The translations under genes and the position numbers were made by a program. The notes beneath the pieces were generated by a model. It did not search any database. It saw only the letters and a program-made list of their open reading frames with translations, and was not told where the DNA came from. DNA of 64,000 nucleotides from a virus. Taxonomy: Duplodnaviria; Caudoviricetes. The stretch is from the IMG/VR virus record IMGVR_UViG_3300020438_000019, positions 1-64,000 of that record; one strand, 5' to 3'. Shown piece by piece: positions 17,460-28,386 of this stretch. Each line of letters opens with the position of its first letter. The stretch's first letter is position 1.

Positions 17460-20400
17460 ATGCCACAAAAGACGAATCTAAATGTAAGTCCATACTATGA
17501 TGACTACAGTGCGTCTAAGAATTTTTATCGACTTCTTTTTCGACCTGGATACTCAATACAAGCGAGAGAACTAACTCAACTTCAATCTGTACTCCAAAAT
17601 CAGATTGAATCTATTGGACGTAAACAATTTAAACAAGGTGATCTAGTTATTCCTGGTGAAGTAGGATTAAACAATAAACTAGATTACGTTAAACTTTCTT
17701 CTGTTACTGAAGTTGCAGTATCAGAGGGAGGTAATATTGTCTTCAAAAAGTATGATATTAAACAACTAGTAGGTCAGACGTTAAAGGGCATCACATCTGG
17801 CGTTACTGGTACAGTTGTATCCACTAGATATAGTACCACTACAACTGCAGACACACTATATGTAAACTATACTAGTAGTGGTAATTCTAATAATGAGTCT
17901 ACTTTTAGACAAGGTGAGACTCTAGAAGTTGTTGCTGGAGTAAATACTCCACTTATGGTAGTTGGAACTGATGGAAGTGTTCTACCTACATCTATTACTT
18001 TAAAGGATCCTGATACTGATGTAGAGACCTCTATCACCAGTCCAGCAATGGGCTTTGCTTCTGCTGTACAAGTGGAAGAAGGTATTTACTTCGTTAATGG
18101 TCATTTTGTTCGTAATGATTCTGATCTTATAATTCTAGAACCATATATTGATACTCCATCTGCTAAAGTTGGATTTAAGATCACAGAGGCTTTAATCACT
18201 CCTGAAGAGGATGGAACACTCTATGATCAGGCAAGAGGATTTGCAAACTTTAGTGCTCCTGGTGCTCATCGTCTATCGATCACTCTAGGATTAGCTAAGT
18301 ATGAGTATAATGCTTCTACAGATAGCAACTTCATACAACTTCTAACTGTTAAGAGGGGATCTGTACAGAAGAAGGTTAAACAAGCAGAATACAATGTAAT
18401 TGAAGAGACTCTAGCTAGAAGAACATATGATGAGTCTGGTGATTATGTTGTTGAAGCATTCCCAACAGAATTAAGAGAGTATTACCAGAAAGACGGTAAC
18501 AAAGGTCTTTATGGTGTAGGTGTTGATGGAACGGTTAATGGATTAACTGTTACTGAAGCATCACAAAAGATGATTGCAGCAGTAGGAGTTGGTAAAGCAT
18601 ATATTAAGGGTTATGAGATTGTTAATAAAGAGAGTAAGTATCTAACTGTTAACAAATCAAGAGAATCACTTGAGAGAGATAATATAACTCTTAAGCATAG
18701 TGGTCTTGCAAGCTTCTATCTAACTAACACTTATAATTCAGTTCCTTTAAATTCATTTGATGCTGAGTTAACATCATATCCAACATTATATCTTAATAGT
18801 ACATTTGGTGATGGATCATTAGGTCTTAATGGTACAGAAGATAAAACTGATGGTAAGGTAATAGCTTCTCACAAGCAAACTCGTAATAGAAGAGCATTTA
18901 CATCTGATGCTGATGTAGCAATCAAGACTGTACTTATTAATATTACATCAACTGCTGCTGGTACAACATTTAGCGAAATAGTACCAACTTCATGGGAATC
19001 ATCACATGGAAGTTTCTGGGTAAGAAAAGGTGGTTCTGGTAATGCTAATGAAGCAGTAGAAATTACATCTCTTGCTTATTCCAAATTTAGTGGTTCTAAT
19101 GCAGACTTCCCAGCTTCGTTTAAAGGAAGTTCTTCTTATGTTGAATTCACTTTTATCGGACCAAGAGATATTGTTGATACACATTTGAGAGATTTCACTA
19201 CTGTTGATAGTGGTACTGATAATAGAACGAGACTTTATTTCTCAGAAAATGGAGCAGAGCAATCTACTTCAACTGATGTATTTGGTTACATAGTTTCTTA
19301 CAGTGAGATGATTGTTCCTACAATTGGTCTTGCTAAGCCTAAGGACTTCCATTTACAAGAAAGAGGTGTTGGATTTAATCCAGATTCTGATACTATTCTT
19401 TCTAAAGGAAGAATTGCTGGAACAAGTAAATACAATACGACTTTCAAGATGTCGTATTTCAACCCAACATTCTTAACTAAGATAACTGTAGATAGTGATA
19501 TACCAGCTCCTTCAGCAGGTAACATTCCATTCCAAGCTGGTACTTATATTACTGGTAGTAAGAGTGGTGCTTATGGAGTAATAGAAGGATCACCAAACGG
19601 TCTTCTATCTTCTGGTAATAGAATTTATTGTAAGGTTCTTAATGGAGAGTTTGTTCAAGGAGAAACTATATTTGACGAGAAAGGAAATTCTCTAAGGATT
19701 GCTAGAGAGAATACTATATCCCATTTTGTAGTGGATCATAGAGGAAATAACTATGGTGCATTAGAGACCTTAATTGTAGATGGTGTATCATATGATACAT
19801 CTGTTATAACTTCTACGGTAGATTCTGCAGATGGTTATGCTGCAGCGTCTATTAAAAATAGAGATGCATTATCCAATGTCTACTCATCACCTCCATCAGT
19901 AGCTGTTAAGACTACTTCTACTAGTTTTGTTGCTGGTAATGAAGCAATAGTACGTGCTGTATTGTTTAAGAATGTCGTACAAACATACACACCACAGAAT
20001 GTTAAGTCTATGTGGGCCAGATTTGGTGTAGCACCTGTAGGAGCTTTAGCACCTAATCTATTCACTAGTGATGTTGAGTTGTTTAGAGAGAAGTATGTTA
20101 CTAGTACTACTATAACTGACTTTAGTTTTAGTGGTGTAGAGGGCAACCAGTATATTGAGTGTACAGGTTTTGGTGGTGATGCATCGAAGAGTCTTGTACA
20201 AGGAGATTTGGTTCAGTTTAGTGATGCAAACAACAACCTTATTCAGGCAATAGTACAACAGGCAACATCACCACAAGGAACTAAGAAATCAAGAATATAC
20301 TTAGATTCTTTACTTCCTTCTACTATAAGTAGTACAACTGTACTAAGAGTAAGACCAAAGATTGCAAATGGATCCAAATCTACTCTAATATTCCCAACTG

Positions 20401-23400
20401 GTAGTAAGCAAATTAAGTCATTAGTTAAAAATGTTGATGATACTGCTATTAAGTACTATCAAAGAAAAGATTTTGTACTAGATTCATCTTCTACTGGTGG
20501 AACAGTAACATTTAAGGCACAGTTAGAATTTGGTACACAGAAATTTGTAGAGTTTAGAGAGACCAATTTTATTCTTACTGTTCTTAAGAAAGGAAATGCA
20601 ACTGCTGTAGAAACTGGAGATATTGTATTCGTTCCATCTTCTGCTGTAGATGTTGCAACGTCTACTGATACTGCTAGTGGATTAACTGCTGGTAGCGTTA
20701 GTATAGCACTTCCTACTAATTATTTTGGTGCTCTTTCAGGTGGTACTGCTTATCCAACACTTAAGCTTACAGCAACATTAGAGATTACTAAGTCTAGACC
20801 TAGGTTGAAGACAATTGTTAAAAACAAGCAGATTGTTATTACTCCAGAAGGAGACAGGGTTCTTCCTCTAAGAGGACAGGATATCAATGCAACTGAAATT
20901 AATGCAGTATCATATTCTGATGTTATTAAGCTTAACTATGTTTATGAAGGTTCCACAACTGCACCTCCAAATGTAGATACTGCTGGTAATCTAATTAGCG
21001 GTACTGATGTAACTAGTAGATTCACATTTGATGATGGTCAACGTGATACTTTATATGATGTATCACGTATTGTTCTCAAACCTGGTTTTGATTTACCTAA
21101 TGGTCAGTTATTAGCATCTTTTGATTACTTCGATCATTCACAAGGTGATTTCTGTGTGGTTGATTCTTATGTACATGAAGCAGGTGTTTCTGCTGATGAT
21201 ATTCCCACATTCAACTCATCTGTATATGGTATAACAAATCTCAGAGATGTTATTGACTTTAGACCAAAAGTTGATACTGAAGCTACCATCACTGGTTTCC
21301 AAGATAAGTCGATTTACACAGAGTCTTCTTTCAACGAATTTACTGGTAGTGGTGGTGTTGTTTCTAGTTGTCCAGCATCAGATTCAAATCTACCTTACAC
21401 TATATCATTCTATCAGAATCAATATCTTGATAGAATTGATGGTATCTTCTTGACTAAGAAAGGTGAATTTATAGTTAAGGAAGGTAACTCTTCACTTAAC
21501 CCATCAAGACCAGAGGGTATTGATGATGCTGTACCTTTAACTTATCTTTACATACCTGCATATACTACAACAAGTAATGATGTTCGTGTTATCCCTGTTG
21601 ATAACAAGCGTTATACAATGCGTGATATCGGTAAGTTAGAGAAGCGTGTAGAAAGGTTAGAGTACTATACACTCCTCAGTGTTCTTGAGCAGCAAGCATT
21701 AAATATGCAGATCAAGGATGAAGTAGGACTTGAAAGATTCAAGAGTGGATTTGTTGTAGATAACTTTGAGACTCATAAGGTAGGTAACCTTAAGTCTATT
21801 GATTATAGGTGTTCTATTGATACAAAGCAATCTGTATTGAGAGCACAGTCTAAAGAAGACTCATTTGATCTTGTTGAGGTTAATACAAAAGAAGATGAAA
21901 GAGTAGTTTCTGGATATAGGAGATCTAGTGATGTTATTACTCTTCCATATTCTAATCTATCGTTATTAGATAATAGCTTTGCTACAAAGACTATTAACCC
22001 AAACCCATTTGTTGTTATTCAATATGTTGGTGATGCATCCCTCGATACACCTGTAGATTCATGGTATGAGAATACTGATGCTCCTTTAATATCTGATAAC
22101 AATACTTCACTCTATACTATATTCCTTGCTAAGGATAATGTACGTGATGCATACTCAAGCTTGTATAATTCTTATTCAGTAAACTGGGTTGGATCAAATC
22201 AGAACTTCTTTAATATCGGACCTCTTTCTGATATTAACTCAGATCAAGTATCATCTACAGTTAAGATTGCTAATGTAGCAAGTTCATCTAATATCAGTCC
22301 ACAGAATAATGAGACTGGTAAAGGTATTAATACGAAGTTAGTTGGTGAGACTGCTGTTGCTACTTCATTGCAGCAATTTGCTAGATCTAAGGCAGTTAAG
22401 TTTACTGTTCGTAGGATGAAGCCTAATACAAAGATCTATCCTTTCATAGAGGGTAGGAGTGTTAGTAGATGGACTACTCCTGATCTAAGATTTACAGGAA
22501 TTCCTGGTAATTCATTATCAACATTTGGATCTGATATTATCACAGATGATGGTGGTAATGCTAGTGGTCTTATTATAATACCTAATGGTTATGCCCCAAC
22601 ACAAGGAACTACTTGGAATAACTATATCTACAATACAAGTTACGATACCACTTCTGAACAGTTACAATTCACAACTGGTGAGAAAACAATTAGATTTACT
22701 TCGAGCTCTACAGATAGTAATAAAGACACTGTAGAAACATACACTGAAGTTAAGTACTACCCAACAGGTATACTACCTGCTAATCCTGGTAGTATCGTTT
22801 CAACATTACCTGCATACCTTAAGTCTAACGAAGGTAAGCAGATTGTTGATCTTGATACAAGTACACAGAAGAAACCAAGTCCATTAGCACAAACATTTAA
22901 GGTAGAAGGATATGATGGTGGTGTATTTGTTACTAGTTTGTATCTCTTCTTCAATAAAAAGGCATCTAAGGTTCCAGTAAGAACTTATATTACTAATACA
23001 GTAAGTGGTAAGCCAGGAACTTATATTGTTCCTGGTACAGAGAAGACTATTTCTCCTGAAACCAAGTTAAAGTTTTATGTATCACAAGAAACATCTCTTG
23101 AGGTTGGTGAAATTGTAACTGGACAAATATCAGGTGCTACTGGACCTATATTTAAAATATTTGATAGAACTGGTATTGAAGTATTACCAGGAGCTGCAGA
23201 TAAGATTCCAGTATCAGCAGATCAGGTATATACACTAGTTCTTTCTAATAACAATGGTAATTCGTTCCAATCAGGGGAACAACTTATTGCTCCATCAATA
23301 ACTCTAGCGAATAATACAAATAACACTTCAATATCTGTTAGTATTGCTAAGGATTCTGGATCAGTTGTTGATCTTAAGGTCATTAGTGCTGGATCTAATT

Positions 23401-25673
23401 ATGATAGTGCAGCAATGACTATTGAGAGTCCACAGTTACCAGGTGGTACTACTGCAACTGGAACACTAGGAATATCTGGTGGTAAGTTATTCAATTCTGA
23501 AGTTTCTATATCTGGTTCTGGATATACAAGTTCTCCATCTATTGTTATTGCTGGAACTGGTTCTGGTAATGCTGGTGCTGCTGTAGAAGCAGTTGTAGAT
23601 ATTGATACACCTGCAGTTAGAATGGGTGTAGCGACTAATTTGGTAACTGATGTTGCTGGTAGTGTATCAACTGATTTTGAATTTGATTATCCTGTATATT
23701 TACAGAATGATACAGAGTATGCTTTTGTTATCGAAACCGATTCTACAGATTATGAAGTATGGGCTTCTGAAGTTGGAGAACCTGCAGGTTCAGGAACTGT
23801 TACAGTACAACCTGGATTGGGATCTGTTTATAGATCACAGAATGTAGATTCTTGGACAGAGAACCTTAAGGAAGATATTAAGTTCCAGCTTAACAGAGCA
23901 GAGTTTGATATTTCTAGGACTGCTAGTGTTATGTTAACAAACGATAACATAGGTTATGAAACTATGGATGCTAATTCCATACGTACAAGTGCTGAAGCAA
24001 GTAGTAGTGCAACTCTAGAAAGATTTAGAGGAAATAATAAGTATATTGAAGTTACACATAGAGATCACGGATTTGAAGATAGTGGTAAGTCATTTGCATT
24101 CTTCAAGGGTCTTAAAGAGACTGGTGGTATCTCAGCATCTTCTATGAATACTACATTATTCACAGTTGAGAACTCTGGTATTGATTCATTTAATATTGTA
24201 TCTACAACTAATGCAAGCTCTAATGCTATTGGTGGTGGATCAGGTGGATTAATTTCTCTCAATAAGAAATTTGAGAAATTGTATGCTGATATTGGTTATC
24301 TATCATTCCCACAAACAAAAATAGAATCATCTGTTAAAACAACTAACATAGTTTCCGCAGATAGTGGTCCTGTTAATTATGGTTCTTATTCTCAATCTGA
24401 TTATGAAAAAACATTTATTAAACAAGAACATTTCTTTATAAACCAGAAGGTGTTAGCTTCTAGAATTAATGCATTAAGAAATGATATTGCAAATTCTTTA
24501 GTTTATAAGTTAGATCTTTCATCTACTCAATCAACACTATCTCCTATTATCGATCTTAGAACTAGTTCTGTTAAGACTATATCTAATAGGATCGAGAATC
24601 CTACTGGAAGTGAGAATAGGTATGGTAGACAGAATCAAATCGTAAAGCTTTATCCAATTGTTACATTTGCTATAACAGGTCATAGTGGTGCTGCTATAAC
24701 AGTTCCTCAGGCTATCAATAGTACAACTGTAGCTGCTACATCAGAGGTTGCTGATATTGCTGGTGGTGCTGGTACTGTTATAGGTTGGGATAGTGGTACA
24801 AGTACAATGACTGTTCAGGTAACTAATGAAGGAACCTTTAAAGCAAGAGAAGTACTAACACTTGGAACTGATACATCTTTGAATTGTACAGTTACAGATG
24901 CTGGATCCAGTCTTAAAACACCTACATTTACTGTAGGTACAACTGTTAATCGATACAACGAACAGCAAACAACAACTTCAGATACTACTGATGATCTATA
25001 TCTAGATAAGATTAGTGGTGTAGTTGTTGAATGGGATGCTAAGACTCAAGAACTAGTATTGTTTAATAATAAACAACCTATCAATGATGACTTTACTTCT
25101 AAAGTAACAGCACTTTCACCTTATGAAAGAAAGAAGGATCCAACAGATCAACAGAATGATATATTCAGGGTTACTGATCTACTTAGTTTTGTTGGTCAAG
25201 AAGCTAATACTGAAACTTGGTGGGAAGTAAAAACTGCAACATTACAAAATGGTGTGGGGTATGTTTCTGAAGATTCCTCTAAGAATACTTCTGGTGTTGC
25301 TAAGTATGTTACTAAGGAAATTGCTATAGAGAATCCAGGTACATCAATCGATGTTAAGCTTACTGCTAACTTAAGAAATATTGATGATATTAAAGTTCTT
25401 TATAAGATTAAGGAAGAATCAAGCGAAGTTAATTTTGATGATATTGAATGGAAGTTCTTTAATGAAGATGGTAAGGCTGATATTGAATTAGCTCCTACTC
25501 CAGAGAATGAAATATCTGGTCTCTTTGAGAAGCAAGATTCATATCAGGAGATTCCATTTAGTATCTCTAACTTACCTGAGTTTACTTCCTTTGCAGTTAA
25601 GGTTGTTATGAATTCTGATAATCCAGCATACGTACCTAAACTACAAGATATAAGAGCAGTAGCATCCTTCTAA
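17460..25673 (+). CDS. VrlC-like / DUF4815 large virion structural protein
   Basis: NVSPYYDDY...LFRPGYSIQARELTQLQS, APGAHR, LARRTYDESGDY, RYTMRDIGKLEKR, RFKSGFVVDNF, PLAQTF. Confidence 0.9.
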   Translation: MPQKTNLNVSPYYDDYSASKNFYRLLFRPGYSIQARELTQLQSVLQNQIESIGRKQFKQGDLVIPGEVGLNNKLDYVKLSSVTEVAVSEGGNIVFKKYDIKQLVGQTLKGITSGVTGTVVSTRYSTTTTADTLYVNYTSSGNSNNESTFRQGETLEVVAGVNTPLMVVGTDGSVLPTSITLKDPDTDVETSITSPAMGFASAVQVEEGIYFVNGHFVRNDSDLIILEPYIDTPSAKVGFKITEALITPEEDGTLYDQARGFANFSAPGAHRLSITLGLAKYEYNASTDSNFIQLLTVKRGSVQKKVKQAEYNVIEETLARRTYDESGDYVVEAFPTELREYYQKDGNKGLYGVGVDGTVNGLTVTEASQKMIAAVGVGKAYIKGYEIVNKESKYLTVNKSRESLERDNITLKHSGLASFYLTNTYNSVPLNSFDAELTSYPTLYLNSTFGDGSLGLNGTEDKTDGKVIASHKQTRNRRAFTSDADVAIKTVLINITSTAAGTTFSEIVPTSWESSHGSFWVRKGGSGNANEAVEITSLAYSKFSGSNADFPASFKGSSSYVEFTFIGPRDIVDTHLRDFTTVDSGTDNRTRLYFSENGAEQSTSTDVFGYIVSYSEMIVPTIGLAKPKDFHLQERGVGFNPDSDTILSKGRIAGTSKYNTTFKMSYFNPTFLTKITVDSDIPAPSAGNIPFQAGTYITGSKSGAYGVIEGSPNGLLSSGNRIYCKVLNGEFVQGETIFDEKGNSLRIARENTISHFVVDHRGNNYGALETLIVDGVSYDTSVITSTVDSADGYAAASIKNRDALSNVYSSPPSVAVKTTSTSFVAGNEAIVRAVLFKNVVQTYTPQNVKSMWARFGVAPVGALAPNLFTSDVELFREKYVTSTTITDFSFSGVEGNQYIECTGFGGDASKSLVQGDLVQFSDANNNLIQAIVQQATSPQGTKKSRIYLDSLLPSTISSTTVLRVRPKIANGSKSTLIFPTGSKQIKSLVKNVDDTAIKYYQRKDFVLDSSSTGGTVTFKAQLEFGTQKFVEFRETNFILTVLKKGNATAVETGDIVFVPSSAVDVATSTDTASGLTAGSVSIALPTNYFGALSGGTAYPTLKLTATLEITKSRPRLKTIVKNKQIVITPEGDRVLPLRGQDINATEINAVSYSDVIKLNYVYEGSTTAPPNVDTAGNLISGTDVTSRFTFDDGQRDTLYDVSRIVLKPGFDLPNGQLLASFDYFDHSQGDFCVVDSYVHEAGVSADDIPTFNSSVYGITNLRDVIDFRPKVDTEATITGFQDKSIYTESSFNEFTGSGGVVSSCPASDSNLPYTISFYQNQYLDRIDGIFLTKKGEFIVKEGNSSLNPSRPEGIDDAVPLTYLYIPAYTTTSNDVRVIPVDNKRYTMRDIGKLEKRVERLEYYTLLSVLEQQALNMQIKDEVGLERFKSGFVVDNFETHKVGNLKSIDYRCSIDTKQSVLRAQSKEDSFDLVEVNTKEDERVVSGYRRSSDVITLPYSNLSLLDNSFATKTINPNPFVVIQYVGDASLDTPVDSWYENTDAPLISDNNTSLYTIFLAKDNVRDAYSSLYNSYSVNWVGSNQNFFNIGPLSDINSDQVSSTVKIANVASSSNISPQNNETGKGINTKLVGETAVATSLQQFARSKAVKFTVRRMKPNTKIYPFIEGRSVSRWTTPDLRFTGIPGNSLSTFGSDIITDDGGNASGLIIIPNGYAPTQGTTWNNYIYNTSYDTTSEQLQFTTGEKTIRFTSSSTDSNKDTVETYTEVKYYPTGILPANPGSIVSTLPAYLKSNEGKQIVDLDTSTQKKPSPLAQTFKVEGYDGGVFVTSLYLFFNKKASKVPVRTYITNTVSGKPGTYIVPGTEKTISPETKLKFYVSQETSLEVGEIVTGQISGATGPIFKIFDRTGIEVLPGAADKIPVSADQVYTLVLSNNNGNSFQSGEQLIAPSITLANNTNNTSISVSIAKDSGSVVDLKVISAGSNYDSAAMTIESPQLPGGTTATGTLGISGGKLFNSEVSISGSGYTSSPSIVIAGTGSGNAGAAVEAVVDIDTPAVRMGVATNLVTDVAGSVSTDFEFDYPVYLQNDTEYAFVIETDSTDYEVWASEVGEPAGSGTVTVQPGLGSVYRSQNVDSWTENLKEDIKFQLNRAEFDISRTASVMLTNDNIGYETMDANSIRTSAEASSSATLERFRGNNKYIEVTHRDHGFEDSGKSFAFFKGLKETGGISASSMNTTLFTVENSGIDSFNIVSTTNASSNAIGGGSGGLISLNKKFEKLYADIGYLSFPQTKIESSVKTTNIVSADSGPVNYGSYSQSDYEKTFIKQEHFFINQKVLASRINALRNDIANSLVYKLDLSSTQSTLSPIIDLRTSSVKTISNRIENPTGSENRYGRQNQIVKLYPIVTFAITGHSGAAITVPQAINSTTVAATSEVADIAGGAGTVIGWDSGTSTMTVQVTNEGTFKAREVLTLGTDTSLNCTVTDAGSSLKTPTFTVGTTVNRYNEQQTTTSDTTDDLYLDKISGVVVEWDAKTQELVLFNNKQPINDDFTSKVTALSPYERKKDPTDQQNDIFRVTDLLSFVGQEANTETWWEVKTATLQNGVGYVSEDSSKNTSGVAKYVTKEIAIENPGTSIDVKLTANLRNIDDIKVLYKIKEESSEVNFDDIEWKFFNEDGKADIELAPTPENEISGLFEKQDSYQEIPFSISNLPEFTSFAVKVVMNSDNPAYVPKLQDIRAVASF

Positions 25674-25870
25674 TGGATATCCAAGTAGAAGGTGAGGACG
25701 GTCTTTATAGAGACTCGAAAACTGGTGCTATAATTAATAAGGATAAGAAAGCATTTGATCAGATTAGAGCAGCAAGAGCTCGGTCAAGATACTCTGATAT
25801 TGAATTGCAGATGGTAAAATCCGAACTAGCTGAGCTAAAATCGATGATCCATGCTATAATAAATAAGTAA
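25673..25870 (+). CDS. conserved cyanophage hypothetical protein
   Basis: VEGEDGLYRDSKTGAIIN followed by a coiled coil; usual neighbour of the VrlC-like gene. Confidence 0.8.
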   Translation: MDIQVEGEDGLYRDSKTGAIINKDKKAFDQIRAARARSRYSDIELQMVKSELAELKSMIHAIINK

Positions 25871-25885
25871 GATCGATCACTTATC

Positions 25886-26128
25886 ATGACCCAAACACCA
25901 AATGCTGCTCCTATGGAACCAGCACAGTTGAGAGAAGAGTTTACTAAACAACTTTCTGATGCTAACGATAAAATTACTAAGGCAGAGACAGAACTTATTC
26001 GTCTTAGAGAGTATCGCACAAAGCTTCAGGGTGGACTAGAAACCCTTGGTATTTTATCTGGTGAGGTTAATGCTGAACCACTACCAGTACCAGAAACGGA
26101 AACACCCGAAACACCTCCAACTGAATAA
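25886..26128 (+). CDS. coiled-coil hypothetical protein
   Basis: heptad pattern, KLQGGLETL; ATAAATA at 25859. Confidence 0.75.
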   Translation: MTQTPNAAPMEPAQLREEFTKQLSDANDKITKAETELIRLREYRTKLQGGLETLGILSGEVNAEPLPVPETETPETPPTE

Positions 26129-26166
26129 CAAAGTTCCCCCTCGCTAAATAGTGAGGGGTTCTTTGT
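26128..26166 (+). promoter_or_regulatory. hairpin (terminator-like) overlapping late promoter CTAAATA
   Basis: CCCCTCGCT-aaat-AGTGAGGGG stem with outer ACAAAG/CTTTGT arms; CTAAATA at 26144-26150 spans the loop. Confidence 0.6.
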
Positions 26167-26173
26167 ATGTACG

Positions 26174-26509
26174 ATGGCTGCTATACCAATAAATTTAATT
26201 TGCGAGAAAGGAACTGACTTTAATGCAACCTTTAATATTCAGAATGAAGCGAATACAACACCGTTAAATTTAACTGGTTATAGTGCTGTAGCGAAATTGA
26301 AAAAGAGTTTTACTTCATCTACATCAACAGACTTTACAGTTGACTTTCCAGACAGATATAACGGACAATTATCAATAGCCCTTCCTAATGCTACATCAAC
26401 TACCTTAGAAGCTCGAAGGTATGTTTATGATATTCTCTTGACTGCACCTTCGGGTACTAAGTCTAGAGTTATTGAAGGAATACTAGAAGTAACACCTGGA
26501 GTTTCCTGA
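26174..26509 (+). CDS. small virion structural protein (BppU-like Ig fold)
   Basis: NLICEKGTDF...LNLTGYSAVAKLKK...RYVYDILL...RVIEGILEVTPGVS pattern. Confidence 0.75.
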   Translation: MAAIPINLICEKGTDFNATFNIQNEANTTPLNLTGYSAVAKLKKSFTSSTSTDFTVDFPDRYNGQLSIALPNATSTTLEARRYVYDILLTAPSGTKSRVIEGILEVTPGVS

Positions 26510-27213
26510 TGCCTACCTATAATGTATCAGTACAATCTCAAAACTATAATATAGTTTCTGAGGCTAAGAAGAAATTTGCAGTTGGTGTAAATTATGATAT
26601 TCCTGCAAAATATTTGCAGAATAACAATGAGGTTCTTGATGATTTCACTGCTCAGTTCGATGGAACTAAGACAGAGTTTGATCTAACAGAAGGAGGAACT
26701 CCATACTTTCCAACAAATGAAGGACAGTTGATTGTTTCTATCAATGGATTACTTCAACATCCAGGAGTAGATTATACTGTTAGTGGGAGTAAGATAATAT
26801 TCCCAACTCCACCTTCTGCTGGAGATAAACTTTTCACTGTTGCTCAATCAACAACTGCAGATCTTACCAGAACAATTAACTTTGTTTATGGTAGTGGTTC
26901 TGTAGATATGAACACTGGAGAAAAAGGTGAACTACAAATAGATGTAACTGGAAGAATCCAGTCGTGGACACTAACTTCTGATGTGGTTGGTATTCTTATT
27001 ATGGACGTACAGAAATGTACATTCAATGATTTTCCTAACTTCCAGACTATATGTGGTGGTGATAAACCAACCATTAATGGAAACTTGAAAGCATCTGGTG
27101 ATGTTTTAACTAATTGGGATCAAGATTTAATGGCTGGGGATATGCTACGGTTCCGAGTTGATCAGGTAAACCAGATCAGGAGATTTATGTTATCTCTTAA
27201 AGTTTTCCTTTGA
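26509..27213 (+). CDS. virion structural protein (fibre-associated)
   Basis: FDGTKTEFDL...VSINGLLQHPGVDYTVSGSKIIF module, also repeated in gp7. Confidence 0.7.
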   Translation: MPTYNVSVQSQNYNIVSEAKKKFAVGVNYDIPAKYLQNNNEVLDDFTAQFDGTKTEFDLTEGGTPYFPTNEGQLIVSINGLLQHPGVDYTVSGSKIIFPTPPSAGDKLFTVAQSTTADLTRTINFVYGSGSVDMNTGEKGELQIDVTGRIQSWTLTSDVVGILIMDVQKCTFNDFPNFQTICGGDKPTINGNLKASGDVLTNWDQDLMAGDMLRFRVDQVNQIRRFMLSLKVFL

Positions 27214-27245
27214 TAAATAATCGAGGAGCGATTATTTTATAAATA
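27213..27245 (+). promoter_or_regulatory. two late promoters
   Basis: ATAAATA at 27213-27219 and TATAAATA at 27238-27245; GGAG RBS before ATG 27288. Confidence 0.75.
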
Positions 27246-27287
27246 AACGTAAGCAAGCAACACAAACGATTTTCGGAGACAAATTAA

Positions 27288-28313
27288 ATGGCACTGCTAG
27301 TACCTAATATTGGCGAACTTGAGTCACTTCGTTATCTCGTTAACCAGAACAACTTCGTTTTGGATAGAGAGGATAATGCACCAAGGGATCTAATTCTTAA
27401 GCTTTACACTACTGACACCACTCCTGCTGAAGCAGACGTGCCTAGTGTTACAGCATATTATGAACCATACCAAGATGGTAATACAAACAAGTATGGACAA
27501 ACTGTAAATACAGGGTATCCTCTTTGTATTAACAACCGTACAGAAGCAAGATACGATTATACTGATCAGTATGGTATTCTCCTAAATGGTGGGCAGTGGA
27601 AAATTAATCAAGATTCTACTGCTGGTGTTGTAACAACTGCTACTTATCCAGAACAGACTTTCACATTTGATGCTGCTGCTGGTAATGTCTACGGTTATTA
27701 TATTGTAAGAGCAAATAACATGCCTCTTGCGATTCAAGGTGTTGCTGATGCTGCTTCAGGTGCTGCTGCTACTACTCTAACAAAGGGAGATAACACAAAC
27801 GTATGTATTGGAGTTATTGGTAACGACTATGTTACACTTCCTAACGTAGCTTCTGTAATGGATAACATTACAATCGGAATGGCTATTGGTGGTAACGCTG
27901 CTGTTCCTGCTGGTACAGTTATTGGTGGTATTGATCGTGCTCTTCGCCGTATCTACCTTGTAGATTCTGCTAATGTTTCTGTTGCTCTAACTGATAACAT
28001 TCAGGGTGCTACTGACCCAAGTATCACACTTGACTATACTTCAGTAACTGCTATTCAAGCTCACGGTTTACAACCAGGCGATGTTATTTACGTTGCACGT
28101 GGTACTTCAAACACTACAACTACTGAACAGACATATACAATCTTCAGTACACCTTCAACATCAACCTTCACTACAACTCCTGCATTGGATGGAACTGGTA
28201 ACCTAACTCTTTACAGCAGCATAATGTTCGCTGAAAGATTTACAAATGGTCCATACCCTATTCAGAACAACGGTGACCAAATTAAGGTTACATTGAACAT
28301 CAGTCTTGACTGA
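27288..28313 (+). CDS. putative fibre/filament subunit protein (341 aa)
   Basis: LILKLYTTDTTPAE...YPEQTFTF...NVYGYY...FAERF...NGDQIKVT beta-sandwich core with inserted domains; own promoters and terminator. Confidence 0.7.
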   Translation: MALLVPNIGELESLRYLVNQNNFVLDREDNAPRDLILKLYTTDTTPAEADVPSVTAYYEPYQDGNTNKYGQTVNTGYPLCINNRTEARYDYTDQYGILLNGGQWKINQDSTAGVVTTATYPEQTFTFDAAAGNVYGYYIVRANNMPLAIQGVADAASGAAATTLTKGDNTNVCIGVIGNDYVTLPNVASVMDNITIGMAIGGNAAVPAGTVIGGIDRALRRIYLVDSANVSVALTDNIQGATDPSITLDYTSVTAIQAHGLQPGDVIYVARGTSNTTTTEQTYTIFSTPSTSTFTTTPALDGTGNLTLYSSIMFAERFTNGPYPIQNNGDQIKVTLNISLD

Positions 28314-28341
28314 TCATTTATACTATTAAGTATATCAGGAT

Positions 28342-28375
28342 GGGGGTTGGAGATATTCCACCCCCTTCTTATTGT
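28342..28375 (+). terminator. putative rho-independent terminator
   Basis: GGGGGtTGGA-gatat-TCCACCCCC followed by TTCTTATTGTTTT. Confidence 0.65.
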
Positions 28376-28386
28376 TTTCGTGAAGT

